Below, one piece after another: positions 1 to 14,199 of a DNA stretch of 64,000 nt; positions within the stretch are counted from its first letter, which is position 1, and each line of letters starts with the position of its first letter. Position numbers and translations under genes: made by a program. The DNA is taken from positions 72,230,001-72,294,000 of the forward strand of contig NC_042999.1 of NCBI RefSeq assembly GCF_006345805.1, given 5' to 3'. The notes under the pieces were generated by a model. It made no database searches. It worked only from the letters and a program-made list of their open reading frames with translations, and had not been told where the DNA came from. Origin of the DNA: Octopus sinensis. Taxonomy: Eukaryota.

Positions 1-2797
1 TTACAATAATCGCCTTCCGTTGCATATATTCATTTGTACACTAAATTTTGTTTTCATATAGCTATACATATATGCACACTCGTGAGTACAGTTAGATGTA
101 CGACTACTGCTGTTGGGTTAGAACTCCAGATAGATTATCATTCATTTTCCAGACAGCTTCCAGTATTGCGGTTAGTCTACCACCCTACTAAGTAATGTTA
201 CCAGTTATGATATATAGACCATATGTAGTGAGAAAATTAAGATAAGCGTAAGTATAAATCATTAGTTACTACCTATGTTTCAACATTACAGTTGTCTGGA
301 AATCAGCATTGAATATTCCAAGAGCATCTGGATGCCTAACAGCAATGAATCATTAAGGAAACATTTTATTGCATTATGTTACAAAGATCTAGAGATTTAA
401 TTGTCCCCTATATAGATATAAAGTTTATTTTCGAATCCCGCTAACTCGTAAATGGAAAACGGCGACATGAAGATGATTAGAAGTAAAATTATTTAGTGTG
501 TGCAAGTTTCGTTAAATATTATATTAAACATTTCCACTTGCTGTGGTGATACGTCTACCTATCCATCCATCTATTACTATAAATATCTCTCAATCTATTT
601 CACAATTATGAATTCATATATTCTTTTATTCGTTTCTTTCATTAGTCAAAGTCATTGAACTACGGCCATACGTGAGTACCATCTTAAAGAGCTTGGCCGA
701 TCAAACGGATTCCAATACTTATTTAGTCGACCTGGTTTTATTTTCGAAACGCTGTGTTACAGAGAAGTAAGCAAACCATTTTATGTTGTTTTGGTTAAAC
801 GGTGTTTTGAATGCCCTTCAATGGGGAATCACTTTCTTAAAATGGTATATGCTTTTCTTTTTTCTTTTTCTTCGGTGTGCATCTTTTGTTCATTGATTAG
901 AACGGATTAGATGCTCACTTTCTTACAATAAGAAGTAGTTTTCAAATGTATTTTAGAAATGTTTTTTACTAATATTTGTGGCTATAGAATGTTTCTTCTT
1001 GCAATGGTTAAGAGATATTTTAATATATAATGTGATTTTGCTTTCTTACAATTGCGTTCAAATATTTTTGGAATCTGATTTAAATATAGTTCGCTTTTTT
1101 TATTTATTGAAACAGGCTAGAAGTTGGTATTCTTGTGAAAAATATCTGTTTATGAAAAACCTCTTGGACATTTATGTTAGGCTTAGATTTTATTGAATTA
1201 GGTAAGAGTCGTTTGAAAATAAGGTACCATGTCGTAATATGGATCTGGGTATCGATTTTTTAATGGATTTTATCAGAATAGGGATGTAAGGTCTCTTAGT
1301 GTAATGTTTACATTAAAAGCCATTTTTATACTGATCTTAAATTCATTTAAAGTGCTATCAAAAACCAAATTATTACGAGGTGATTTTAAAAATTATATCG
1401 TGGTTAAGGATAACGTTCTTTCAGATATTCTGCAAAATATTTTTCAAAGTTTTCAAAAATATTTTTCTGAAATCTTGTACAAAATTTTAAAATCTCTTTA
1501 ATATTATGTGAATTACTCATAAAATTTGCTTTGTAAAATTTATAAAGAGTGTTTTCTTAAGAATTCTTCACAAAAATTTTCATTTCAATTTTCAAATTAA
1601 AATTTAAGATTTAATAAAATTTTCTTTCAAAATATTATGCTACAGTTGGCGTTTCTTAAAAATGGTTATAAAGAAGATATAACAATAGGCCAACCGAAAA
1701 TAGTCAAAACAGAAAACATAATATGTGGTAAAATTTTTCATTCAATAGAGGATTGCAACACACAGTCAGTGTTTATCAAGACTCTATCTGAATACATCTC
1801 TCTACTCCAAAATTATAAGATTATAAATTACATTAAAAAAACAGCTATAGTGTTATGTTTTACTACCTAAAGGAAAATATTAGTGGAAGATACTAAAAAT
1901 AAAAAGGAAAAATGATAAAGAAACAATGTTAAATACAAAATATAAAAGGAAAAATACAGTATCACGAGATCTTATCTACTGAGAAGTGTGTGTTTTGTGA
2001 CAGAAATTCTTTCTGGTTGTTTATTCAGGATATGAGTTCTCGTAAACATGTCATAAGTTCGTTACCTGAGATAAAACGAACCAGATTGCTGAGAGTGTAA
2101 CACTTGATCCTTGGAATAAAAAGCCTGCAAGAACAGAATAAGCTAATTATTTATGCAGTAATTGACAAGTGAATCATCGACAAACGACAGTAGTTCTCTT
2201 TCAAAACAAATATCAGTGCAGAATCGATACTTAATTCATCGCTTGATTTAACATTTACACCAAGTGCTTGGGGACAGTTGCAAGAACTCCGATTTGAGAA
2301 TATCTCCCTCCTAGCCCTCTATCAGTGTCTGAGGCGTTGTAAAGAATCGTAGAGAATACCTTTGTTACTAAGTGATGCAAAGAAGTTAAAGATAGAAAGC
2401 AGTAAATCAGAAATGAGGACGGGTAGCAATTTACAAGAAATTGTTAAGAAAAGCTCACAGTCGACCTGCAGTCGACGGTGCTCGCCCATTTCTTTGATGC
2501 AAAAATATTAAAGTTGCATTGTACGAACTTAAACACCTTCTCTTGGTCACATGTCACAGACAAATTATAATCTGATCCTTATAGGGACACAATGATACAT
2601 TCTATTTCATTCCTTACAAAAGCATGCTATTTTCAGTAACGTCTACCACGACTGTTTGCTGCTATTCTTACCAATACAGATGACAGGATGCGAATGGATG
2701 ATATCGACATCCCGGATACAAGAATCATTGAGTGATTGTGCGAATACTAATATTAATCTAGATTTGGATGTTCTGCTCTATGAGCTTCATGTTTATA

Positions 2798-3134
2798 TGC
2801 TAGATTTTCCACTTTTGAAGTTCCCATGTCACTCGAAACATAGTGTACGACCCATTGCTTCGTCGCTGTAAACTTGGCAAAGCATGCTCAATGTCTCTGT
2901 ATCAGACATCACAAGTTTCGTGCAAAATTTCACGTTGGCTCTTTGTTCCAACTTCCTCTTCATGACAAGACCACAGACTACAGCACACATGTGATCACAA
3001 AATCACAAACTTCACAACTTGCGAAGTAAACACAGCAATGTCACTCGGCAGCTCTCACTGCGCAAGCAACCATGTGCTGTCGTCTGTCGGCGCGCTACAG
3101 AACTAGTCCGGGAACTTTTTGATACTACTTCATA
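2798..3134 (-). mobile_element. Mariner transposon 5' relic (terminal repeat plus N-terminal HTH of transposase)
   Basis: Minus strand begins TATGAAGTAGTATCAAAAAGTTCCCGGACT (mariner-type terminus). The ATG at 2963 translates MKRKLEQRANVKFCTKLVMSDTETLSMLCQVYSDEAMGRTLCFE*HGNFKSG, matching the mariner N-terminal HTH pattern, with an internal stop. Confidence 0.8.
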
Positions 3135-4455
3135 TTTGACAATTTATTTCGTTTAACAGTTAATTGTATGTCCTTGTCGAAATACGTGCTGAACAATTTG
3201 AAAAGGATCGCTCTCCGTTGTTACCCTCCGTAGATAATCAGTCAGGATCAGGATATCATAAATTAGCTGTATACAATATGCATCATAAGACAGAGTATTG
3301 TATTGCATAATGATTTAGAACTGTTCGTATTAATGTTGGTGACAATACAGTTATTATTAATGTTGTTGCTATTGTTTATTCTCAAGCCTGCTATAAACAA
3401 ACAGATCTATGATTTAGGGCTTTCCAGTTGTAACCATTACATCATTTTTGTGAGTGGGACGCTTATCTGTGTCCCATTTTGAAGACAATAAGATAGCATT
3501 TAATAGTTATTTCCATCTGTAGTGCAGATAGAATACTTATATTGAAGCTCCTCTTTACAGAGCAAGTACTTAATCCCATTGCCATGTGATAAGGCTGAGA
3601 TATTGTATCCCTTGCGCAATGCAGTGCATATTAGAAATTAAAATTTATAATCGAAAGGTCTTTCAAAGTAAAACGAAGGAAATCTAGATATATTTTAACC
3701 ATCCTGAATCATGTTAAAAGTGATCGAGGTGAGACTCCATCTTCAGAAGTGAATAAACATAAAAATAATTAACGGGAAATTCTGTCGAAAATCACAGAAT
3801 CTCATTCTCGAGAAGATACAAATTCTATTGATTGAAGAAGAAAGAGTTTAACCATGAAGTTTAACCAAGTTGCAAGTCGCCAAGTATAAATCATAAAGGC
3901 TTATTGTTTATATAAAACACACACAAATACGTACATTTTTCATTACACCATTTACCATTTTTCATTACATCCATGATTACACCGTTTACTAACAACCAAG
4001 TTAGATTAAATGTCCCATGACATTTTATCTTATGCTAAAACGATTCTTCTAGTTCACTATCTTGTACCAAACACCACAGAAAATCAACTTGTAAAAGGAA
4101 TTGTCCTGGAGATCGCAATGTAAGACATTACAGTAATATGATAATCTCCCCTGATGGAATTTATGTAAAATATAGACACATCACACCAGATATTTTGAGA
4201 TATAGAAAAATCATGTATAATAGTAACTCTCATCTGTCATGGAAATAATGACAAAAATAAAATATATATATATATGAAACTAAAAATATGTAAGACATAA
4301 TAAAAGACTCGATTTCTGTTACATACATATACACACGATTTGACATTCAACCATATGCATAACACATGTACAAGTCAAAACAAGATTCCTACAAGTAATG
4401 ACACGTGTACATGCAAATAGACATACATACGTATGCATATATTTGTCCATGCAGG

Positions 4456-4507
<52 letters not shown>

Positions 4508-4529
4508 CACACGCAGTCACACGAATATA

Positions 4530-4616
4530 CAGTAATCCCTTGCCATATCGCGGTTCACCTATCGCGGTGGGGGGAGAGGTTTGAACGTAACACTCGCAAT
4601 AGTCGAGGGATTAACG
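4530..4616. mobile_element. Small pogo/Tigger-like MITE
   Basis: TA|CAGTAATCCCTTGCCATAT ... ATAGTCGAGGGATTAACG|TA: imperfect terminal inverted repeats starting CAGT, flanked by TA. Confidence 0.6.
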
Positions 4617-4692
4617 TATACATATATACATACATATATATAAATATCATATATATATATATACATACATATATATAAATATCATATATATA

Positions 4693-4750
<58 letters not shown>

Positions 4751-5027
4751 AAGTAAATATATATATGTGTGTGTGTGTGTGGTGTGTGTGTGTGAGTAAT
4801 ATATATACATACATAATATATATATATGAGAGGTTTTGGTATCCAGACCCAAAAGGCAGGTAAGGCTCCGTAAGTGCTACGGAAGGACCACTGTTAGACT
4901 CCCGGTTCGATAATAGCATGAGTGAGTAGTCTAACGCGGGTCGTGTGTGAGCATGTATGTGTTAAATAAAATGAGACAACAAAACCAACAAAGTGTGAAA
5001 TCTCTAGGACATTTATAAAGAGAAAGT

Positions 5028-5076
5028 AGGCTTACAGCCGTTTCAGGGATATAAAGATATCCCATCACCAGAGACG
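5028..5076 (-). ncRNA. Candidate minimal type I hammerhead ribozyme motif (Penelope-like), probably degenerate
   Basis: Minus strand reads gtct-CTGGTGA-tGGGATATctttATATCCCt-GAAA-C-ggct-G-TA-agcc. The core is one base from CUGANGA, with a 7-bp stem II, a 1-bp stem III with tetraloop and a GUA triplet. Confidence 0.5.
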
Positions 5077-5566
5077 ATATGAGAGAGTTAAATAGAAGGA
5101 AGTAGTAGAGTTCAATTTAAGAAGTTATTTTGGAAAGGGAGAGATATAGGAAGTATAAAGAGAAATATGAGAATAAAAATAAACAGGGATACGCATACAT
5201 ATATATGTACCAATGCACACAATAATCAAAACGATTACCTATATATATTCGTACTCGTATGCATACATTTACTTACGCACGAACACGCGCTTCTAATGCA
5301 TTTATACCAATTCCTGCAATTAGCGTGGATATGAAGTTTATTGTGTGCAGTGCAATTGGTGCAGTGTTTAGGACCTAAATGCAGCCTTGAGACTCGGGGT
5401 ATATTCAGTCGGGCGCTTGTGATCGTGCATACAACTGGAATATAAATCCGTCTTTAGTTCGGTATGTACATATATGTTCCTCTAGTGGTGCTTTGTACAT
5501 GATAGAGATTGCATTGTGAGATTGTGAGATAGAGATTCCATGGTGCTTTACTAATTAAGTACTTTA

Positions 5567-5635
<69 letters not shown>

Positions 5636-5643
<8 letters not shown>

Positions 5644-5883
5644 CCCTTTTAAAACCTAGCCAGGCTCATGGGCCCGGTTTCCCGGTTTCAATGGCGTATG
5701 TGTTCCCCAGCTGGACAGGACGCCAGTCCATCGCAGCGTTACTCATTTTTGCCAGCTGAGTGGACTTGAGCAACGTGAAATGAAGCGTTTTACTCAAGAA
5801 CACAATACGTCGTCCGTTCCAGGAATCGAAACCACAATCTTACGATCATGATGCTGACACCCTAGCCACTAAGCCACTCGCCT
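5636..5883 (-). mobile_element. tRNA-derived SINE with V/Meta-SINE-like core
   Basis: Minus-strand head GGCGAGTGGCTTAGTGG (A box) ... GGTTTCGATTCC (B box), then the core GCGATGGACTGGCGTCCTGTCCAG...GAAACCGG. Confidence 0.75.
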
Positions 5884-5908
5884 TAACTTTTATATATGTA
5901 TATATATG

Positions 5909-5943
<35 letters not shown>

Positions 5944-5969
5944 CTCTGTATATATATAACGTCCGAAAG

Positions 5970-6400
5970 CACTGATTCTCTAACCTCTTGAACGTTGAAG
6001 AGGAAGATATACTATAATATATGTGTGGAACATCCTGAAATGATATGTTCCAAACTTCGGCATTATAGAAAATTTTAATGCACAAGTTGGTAGGTACTGT
6101 CAGCTTCCAAATATACCACCATCGAAATCACGAGCAAAAACACTCTATTGTATCGAGCTGATATTTAGAGGTCCTTATTTTTGAACTACCTCCCTAAAGA
6201 AACTAGAAATATAACAAGGACGTCTACTGAAACATTAAAAAAAAACTCCTCGTCTATTCTGAACCAGCCAGCCATTCATGGATCCACTCAGGGAAGATCA
6301 GCTGCTACAAACTCAATCATATTCCATCTTACAGCCATAAAGTGACAACAAAGCTAAAAGACAATAAATTAAGGCGGCTCTCCAACATGGCCCCAGTGTG
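5970..6400 (+). mobile_element. CR1/Jockey-group LINE ORF2 3'-end relic
   Basis: Translates PLER*RGRYTIIYVWNILK*YVPNFGI and FRGPYFLNYLPKETRNIT..LKKKL, resembling the C-terminus of CR1-type ORF2. Contains stops. Confidence 0.6.
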
Positions 6401-7319
6401 CGAATACGTATGCGTTAGTGCCTGCTATAAGAAACCTACGAAACTTTAAATCGTATGAGGCCGAATGAAACCGGATCACTAGTCTTCGAATCAGCTTTTT
6501 CCTCCCTGGTTTGTATGTATGTATGTATGTATGTATGTATTATAAACTTACAATTAATACACATTGTCAACTTAGTTATTGGGTAAATATCAATGAAGAA
6601 ACAAAAAGCTACAGACAGCTTCTTTCCATCTTGGTAAAATGTTTCTCAGATAAAACCAGAGGAACATACATATATGTGTTTTTGCGGACACATATATAAA
6701 ATATATATGTTTGTGTGTACAACTATATTTGTTTACCTGTTATATTCAATTTTGAAATATAATTAATTTTATACGATATCTAATTTATATTTATTTTGAA
6801 GCATTATTCCAGGAAAATGAATTTCTAAGCTATTTTCTGTTGTTCTTGTCTGTCTTCCTAAACGTCAGTATTTTCTTCCATCCACCATACTATATTTTAT
6901 CTTCATCTTTCAGCTGTTTTATCTACTGCTGATGGCGTGGAATTTAAAATCATATCAGTCTAATGGATTGGAGATAAGATATTGAAATCATAAATTCGCT
7001 TTCTGATGACGTTTGCCAGCAATTATTCTTCAGCATGAGAAACTAGCGGAAACATCTACGAATAGAAAAATAACGCACCAAACGAACTCACAGACAGACA
7101 CGCACGCACATACACATACACACGTACGGTGTGCGGACATGTGTGTGTATGTGTCTGTGTATGCATACATGAAAACATGTATATGTACAGACACAGACAG
7201 AAATCCATATTCACAACACATACGCAGTGAAAAATATTTGTACACATATTTTATGCATAATATATCATATAAATGTCTTTGTATGAATATTATATTGTAT
7301 ATATTATCATATCTGTATG

Positions 7320-7403
<84 letters not shown>

Positions 7404-7504
7404 ATATATATATACACGTATGTATATATATGTGAATGTATGTATATTATCACTATTTTGGGCTTTTATGCCTTTTACTTTCTCACGCAATGCATACTTA
7501 CAAA

Positions 7505-7609
<105 letters not shown>

Positions 7610-8058
7610 GGGGCTTTTTAGGGGGCAAATGTCAGTTTCTATTTTTATTAGCTTTTATATTCTGAGAATGATATCGTATGAGTAGTTTTGTGATGCCCAC
7701 GTCCATTTTAAATTTGGGAAAAATGTTTTAAGTGATCAACTTGGTACCTCTGCATGACCACATTCTAATGAGTGAATCTAGTCAAAAAGATAATTTTTAG
7801 ATCGTTAATTTTTGAAAGTGTATGGTACATGCATAGAGGGTTCGGGGGTTTTCTTTTGTGAAAATTTAGTTCAATGATAGGTACATGGCGGGGGTATTTG
7901 TGAGAGAAGAATGTGATGAAATGGCAAGATGACGAGATGTATTTATGGGATTTTATGATTTAAGTTAACAAACATATGTGCTGCATGATTGGGTGAAATA
8001 TAGGTGGTCGTTTTGGATGGTGGAAGTGAGAGTAAAGCATTTTGTTAATACGTTATCA

Positions 8059-8124
<66 letters not shown>

Positions 8125-8204
8125 TGTGTCTCTGTGTGTGTGTATAGGCAGAAATACAGTCGTCACTGAAATGGCTAAGGGTGAAAGTCAACACTAGCAT
8201 TATA

Positions 8205-8516
8205 CCGTCTATTATGCCCGCCAGAACTGCCAGATCACGTGATTTCACCCTAGTATACGTTCTTCGGTGACAGATATCCAGCAGCGACATAACAGCCGAA
8301 TATCCCATCAATGATATATAGAATCTCAGTGTCTATTCAGGCACTGGGTTCGCAAATAGCAAGTGGGCTTATTTAAAAATGTAATTAACTGCCACAGAAT
8401 ACTGCGTTGTGTACCCTGAGAGAATCTTTCACAAGGTATTGCAGTGCATAAAAGCTGAGGATCCCATAGCAGGGTAAAGTCGCGTGATCTGACAGTTACG
8501 GCGGCCGTAATGGACG
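8205..8516. mobile_element. MITE-like element with ~46-bp inverted termini
   Basis: The reverse complement of 8205-8251 (AGGGTGAAATCACGTGATCTGGCAGTTCTGGCGGGCATAATAGACG) aligns without gaps to 8471-8516 (AGGGTAAAGTCGCGTGATCTGACAGTTACGGCGGCCGTAATGGACG). Confidence 0.65.
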
Positions 8517-9299
8517 TTTCTCATCTGTCAACGATATAATGTTGAGTGCTTTTATGAATCACGAACCATGTGTCCTTATGAGTGATCCTCCCAATTTAAA
8601 TAACGCAGTGTTCTGTGTCCTTATAGGACCTCCACATTAAGTTGCATTTTGCTATTAATACTGCTTTTATTGCTATTAATTGTGTGTGAGAGAACGAAAG
8701 AGGGAGGGAACAAAAATCTAATAAGATTTATTCTTGCAAAACACTGATACTGTATTTTGCGACACAAACAAACATATCATTGCACTGTGAAGATTTAGTA
8801 CAACAAAATAATTTTTACTATGGTTATGATGGCTATTTTTAGGATTACCTAGATAGAGTCTTCTCATTCTGATAACGAATGACAATTAGAGAAATGTGAT
8901 GACTCTATCTGTGAAAAACAGAAAGAATATAAAGTTGCAAGCAGAAAGAAAAGACCGTCAAGACAAGAGACTGAATGCTTGAAGCTACATACAAAATTGT
9001 AAAATAAAAAACATTGGGAAACTAAACTCATGAAAAATTAAGAAATGTTACCTTTCATTCCAAATTCCGTTTGTTTCACGATAGAAGACTTGCTTGACTT
9101 TGTATTAGCGGAATCTGTATTACAGACATGCTTCTTTTTATTTTGGAACAGCAGAATGTCCATCGCGAATATCAGGGTTTTGATTCCTCTCGTTCAAATA
9201 AAGGCAACAGTGTTTGCCCCCCAAAAGATACGCCCCTTCAATAACATGTATTACTGACTGATGGAAAATAACATAGCTTATCCTGGAATACAGAATTTC

Positions 9300-10700
9300 T
9301 GATTCAATACGTATATTAGCCCTGGCTCTATCAAAGATAATAGATATGTGCTCATCAATTATATTTATCGTTTTTATTTATCAGCAGTAAACAACAATTC
9401 CCAATTTAGTGAATTGCCGTCAGCAAGCAATAAATGTATTTATCAATATTGTTCTTCTGGTAATTAAAAACAGCTGTCAAAAGCTATATTTTACAGTCAG
9501 TTTTACAATGGATCAAGTACTATGTCCAAAAGAAAAGTTAAGGAATTTTCTCCAGATGACTTCATTATACACTCTATACACATAATTTAAATTTGGTTGG
9601 AATTGGTGCAGCAAGTTACAATATCCAACCCAAGTTTTTAACTTCAGAAGATGTCTATAGATGTTTTCTGAGTTTGACTCGTCATTCAGTACCAAGAGAA
9701 CAACGCAATGACATGGATCTTTCTCACTGAACCTAAGGAAACTGTGACTCAAGAAGAACAATAGCAGCAGTTTTGCTGAATTTACCAACACTTGTAACTG
9801 ATTTACTTAGATTTTTGAAAGATAAGATTTTAAAAAACCTAATAAAAAAAAGTGTGCTTGTAAACAGCACACTGAAACCAAAAAGATACTGAAACTACTC
9901 CAGTACATGCGAATTTTTAATTGTTCCTATACTCTGGAATGAAGTACTAAAGAAGGGTTTCGTTTTATCCATATATTTACAGAAAATAAGTTTATTTATA
10001 TTAATGGCTTCTCATTTCATTCAATATTTCGAGGATATGAAAACATGTGAAATGAGTATGAACTCAGAAAGAATGGTACAGCCATGTCGTATAGAGAACG
10101 TAAATGGCAAACAATTCCATGGCAAAATTGAAGAAAATGAAGCAATAGAGACACCCGTAAAAAATATCACGTTAGAATCCTAATTAATGTCCCTAGATAC
10201 TATTATAAACTGAACAGAAAAAAAATTGATCATTTTAATAACGTAGTTGCCGAATGTATTTTTCTCGATGTAAAATATTTTTGACAATGCAGATAATGAG
10301 AACAAATTAGAAATTTTAACAAACAAGTATTCAGACGTCAAACTGAAATGGAGTAAGAGTTCGTTCCATTCAAATGCATGTACAAAATGTTAATGAACAC
10401 CTGCAGTCTTTGGAATTTAAGTACCGAGGGATTGGCCACAAGCAATGTAATTTTGTTCATGATCGTCAGTGACAAGTGCTCTATTTATTCTAATTTGTTC
10501 ATACTTTACCACTTTTGTTTAACCTTACCAATGATTAGTACCGTTGCAGAACTATCCTTTAGCTAGATCAAGCACGTAAAATTTAATCTTCGTTTCTACA
10601 ATGGGTGATGACAGAAATGTCTGTATTAGCAGTACTCTCTCGTGAAAGACCGTTGGCTGCGGAGGTGGATTATAATAGAAAAAAACTAGACAACTTTTCA
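9300..10700 (+). mobile_element. Decayed hAT transposase relic
   Basis: Near 10480-10600 it reads YSNLFILYHFCLTLPMISTVAELSFS*IKHVKFNLR, matching the hAT C-terminal dimerisation motif (LTLP-S-AERSFS-LK). The upstream extent is approximate. Confidence 0.6.
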
Positions 10701-12149
10701 AAATGAAGCTCAATAAAAAGAGCCTATTGTTGTCGCTGTAGAGATTTTTCATATCGTTTCGTTTTGTTTTCAATTAACTTTTAAAATGTAAAAACACTAA
10801 ATAACAGACATTTATATAATATATTTCTTTAAATACAGCCTCGTTTAATTAGCTTATTGTAAACATTTTAATTGATTAGATTTTATATACAAAATAACAA
10901 AGATATACGGCAAAAGAATCTTTTCTTTGGAATTTTAAAACAAAATAACAGTTATGTTCTTTTAAAACTGTATCTTAACTTTTTTCTGTTTTTAAAAACA
11001 AGAATTATAAATGTAGAATCGGTTCTAAAATATTGGAGTGTTTTATATATATATATATATAACACAAACATACATATGCAACATGCACAAGGCTGAATTT
11101 CACTAATTTGGATTAATGTTGTTTACAAATGATTATGTGACCCCTGTGTGTGTGTGTTTGTGTGTATAAGATGCCATGTTGAGTCTCTTATCCTTCACTA
11201 GATTCGTTAGATGCGACGTCATGACATAAGGATTTTTAGCCAGGCTGAGCACATATCTTTCCGAGTCAAACTTCAGTCAATTTCTTCCACAAGGAGAAAA
11301 ACAAGCACAAAGAAAGTTAGATAAAGAGTAAAGTCGACCCGAATACAGGGATGGTAATTTATCGACTCCAAAAGAGTGAAAGGCAAGGTTAAAACCGGTG
11401 GGAATTCAACGAATATTAAAGCACCGAAAGCAGAAGAGATTACTGTAACGCGATCTAATGCCCCTGCTAATGTGTGTATGTGTATGTGTGTGTATGTGTG
11501 TGTGTGTGCGTATGTGTGTGTGTATGTGTGTGTGTGTGTATGCGTGTGTTTGTGTGTGCGTGTGCACTTGTATGTGCGCACGCGAGTGTGTGTATATTGA
11601 TAGACAAATAGATATGCGTAAATAAATATATATATATGCACACATATATAAAAGCACAGACACACACACCAAACATGTGTAGAAACTATTCATTTTCCTA
11701 CTTTGAAAACAGAACACTTTTTTTATATTTGTAAAAGTAATATTAATTTTCAAAATTTTGCGTTTCCCTCTTCTTTTATTCTGTTTTCTTGGGGTGAGGG
11801 TTGCCATTATTTATATTTTAATGTTCTCTCTATTTTATTTTATTTGTCCTTTTCTTTTCTGGTGTCTGTTTTAACACATACACATACGCACTCTCTCTCT
11901 CTCCCTCTCTTCCTCTTTCTCCCTCTCCTTCTCTCTTTCCCTCTCTGTCTCTCATATATGTGAGTATGTGTGTGTGTGTGGGGGGTGCATTTAAAAGTGC
12001 AAACGTAATTTATTGCTGCAAATTTAATCATCTATGTAATTTCATTCTCAATTCATCACTCTGTTTCATCTTTTCACAATCAGGATACCTGATTTTAAAA
12101 TTTCCTAAGATTTTGAATTAATATATATATAATTCATATCCTCCATCTC

Positions 12150-12770
12150 CCGTGATTGGCATATATTTCTCGTCTAAAATGCATAACAATGATCTAAATA
12201 GGTAATTCTGATGGAGTAATGAGGAAAATATGAATGATGTAAGTCATTTTTCCATTCTATTGATTCCAGAACAATTTAATAAGTTGTGCAATGTGAGGTG
12301 GAGCATTATTGTGATGGAAGAGAATTCTCCTGGGATTTAGTTATTAAAGCAGTATGTTTTCTATTCAAAGTTGTCTTCAAACGATGAAATTACTGATAGA
12401 AGATTTCAGAAGTGATTATTTAATCCAGACGGAAAAGGTCATAATGAACAAGGCCTTTTGAACAAGGATTTTGATTTGGGATTATGCTAGCGTCTGCAGC
12501 GCATAATATTGCCGTAAAGAATATATTTTTTAATCCAATCATAATCCGATTTAAATATAGTGCTTGGAGTTTAAGTTTTGGAACGATTCGCAACAGTCAA
12601 ACATTTGTTGATGATTTGCTGCTGAGAGAGCTTGAGAAATCAATTTCCCCAACTTTGACCAATTTCCTAACTTATTCAAACGGTTATCTATGGTCGTAAA
12701 TCTACTGTTAAATTCATTGAAAAGCGCTCTCACTTTCGCAGTAGGATTCCTAGCTTGTCGCCTTCCAAAT
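12150..12770 (-). mobile_element. Mariner transposase relic
   Basis: Minus strand gives TTIDNRLNKLGNWSKLGKLISQALSAANHQ (WVPHEL-region pattern) and RILFHHNNAPPHIAQ (HDNA-type catalytic motif, mutated). Confidence 0.7.
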
Positions 12771-13772
12771 CGGAAGTTAATATTTATTGCAATGTACGTG
12801 TGTGTTACACACGTACGTTGCAGTTAATCATTTTTGTAAGGTGTTGAACTAGCAGAATCGTTACGACGCCGAGCAAAATGCTTATCAGCACATCGTCCGT
12901 TGTAACGTTCTAAGTTCGATTCACCTCCTCCCAAAAAGTTGCTGGTCATGTACCAAAATGTGAGACCAATATTTTCTGTCAGAAAGGAAACGTTTGTAAT
13001 TATTTACTTTGAAATATTCAATCATGTATTTTTATAATTATGTACTTTGAAACAGTCAATCATGTATCTTTAGGATTGTGTACTTTGGTTTGTTTAATAA
13101 TGAATGAAATTAATTTAATGTAAAAATGTACTTTAGAATCCGTAATCCTTAAGTGATTTTATTGCAGTAATGTATTCTGGATATGATAAGATATTTTGGA
13201 ATAAGTAATATTGTATTTTGAAGTGATTTGACGGTAATAATGTACTTTGAAATTAATTTACTGAAACGCACATTTTCTTTCTTTTATACTATTTCCATCT
13301 TTTTCGACTTACTGAGGGAGATATTTTTAATATCTACACGCACATGCACACAAACACACATACACACACACACAAATATATATATATATAATATATATAT
13401 ATATACATATATCATATAGTTAGGTAGTTAGGCACCTTTGCTATATACTGACGTATATACATTTATACGTACGGAGATTGTAATTAATACAACTCCAGAT
13501 CTCCAGAGAGGAGATGATTGAAAATGTATTAAAAAAATAGAACAGAGATACAAGATAACATCTCTTCCAATATGGAATCTTCCATGGAAGCCACTTTCGT
13601 TACACAGTACACATATTAACCAACTTAAGACCATTAAGTGCCGTTTGAGTAGAACTAACCTATCTTCCTGTTGTGACAATATAAGCTTTTCGCAATATTT
13701 TGTATACATTCATGCATGTATACATACATACATACATACATACATACATACATACATACATACATACATACA

Positions 13773-13804
<32 letters not shown>

Positions 13805-14199
13805 CACACACATACAAGCGTAATTATGTAGTAAGAAGCTTACTTTCCAGCCACATGGTTCTAGGTTCAGTTTCATTTAAACAGTATATTGTTATGAACT
13901 ACTAAAAGTTTCCTGCTTTGATGATATTATCTAGACAGGTTTTAAAACACGCTTGCTGTCTCCAAGCAATTTTCTGACTCTGAGCATATGGCCTATACAA
14001 GTACAAATCAGGACAATATAACAAGTGAAATCACGAGAAAAAAAATATATGAAGGAGGGTGGGTCAAACGTGGACGAGTGTAAAAAACGAAAAATGAATT
14101 AGCGTTATGTCTCCTTTGACCGTGAAACCATAACGCTAGATGGTATAGAACCAACGGAAGGAGTTTGTAATGCAGCTGCTCTGTCCGAAAATGTGGTGA

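Noticed and set aside
900-2000. Short AT-rich ORFs (978-1870)
   Set aside because: No recognisable motif. Possibly an old TE relic, but unassignable by eye.
3640-4200. Possible LINE RT relic
   Set aside because: Only a vague resemblance. No motif could be read with confidence.
5820-5883. tRNA gene-like A/B boxes here and at other SINE heads
   Set aside because: They continue into SINE bodies and no complete cloverleaf is evident, so they are not tRNA genes.
8840-10700. Microsatellite-free stretch as a possible host exon
   Set aside because: There is no long ORF, and the only recognisable motif is a decayed hAT dimerisation domain.
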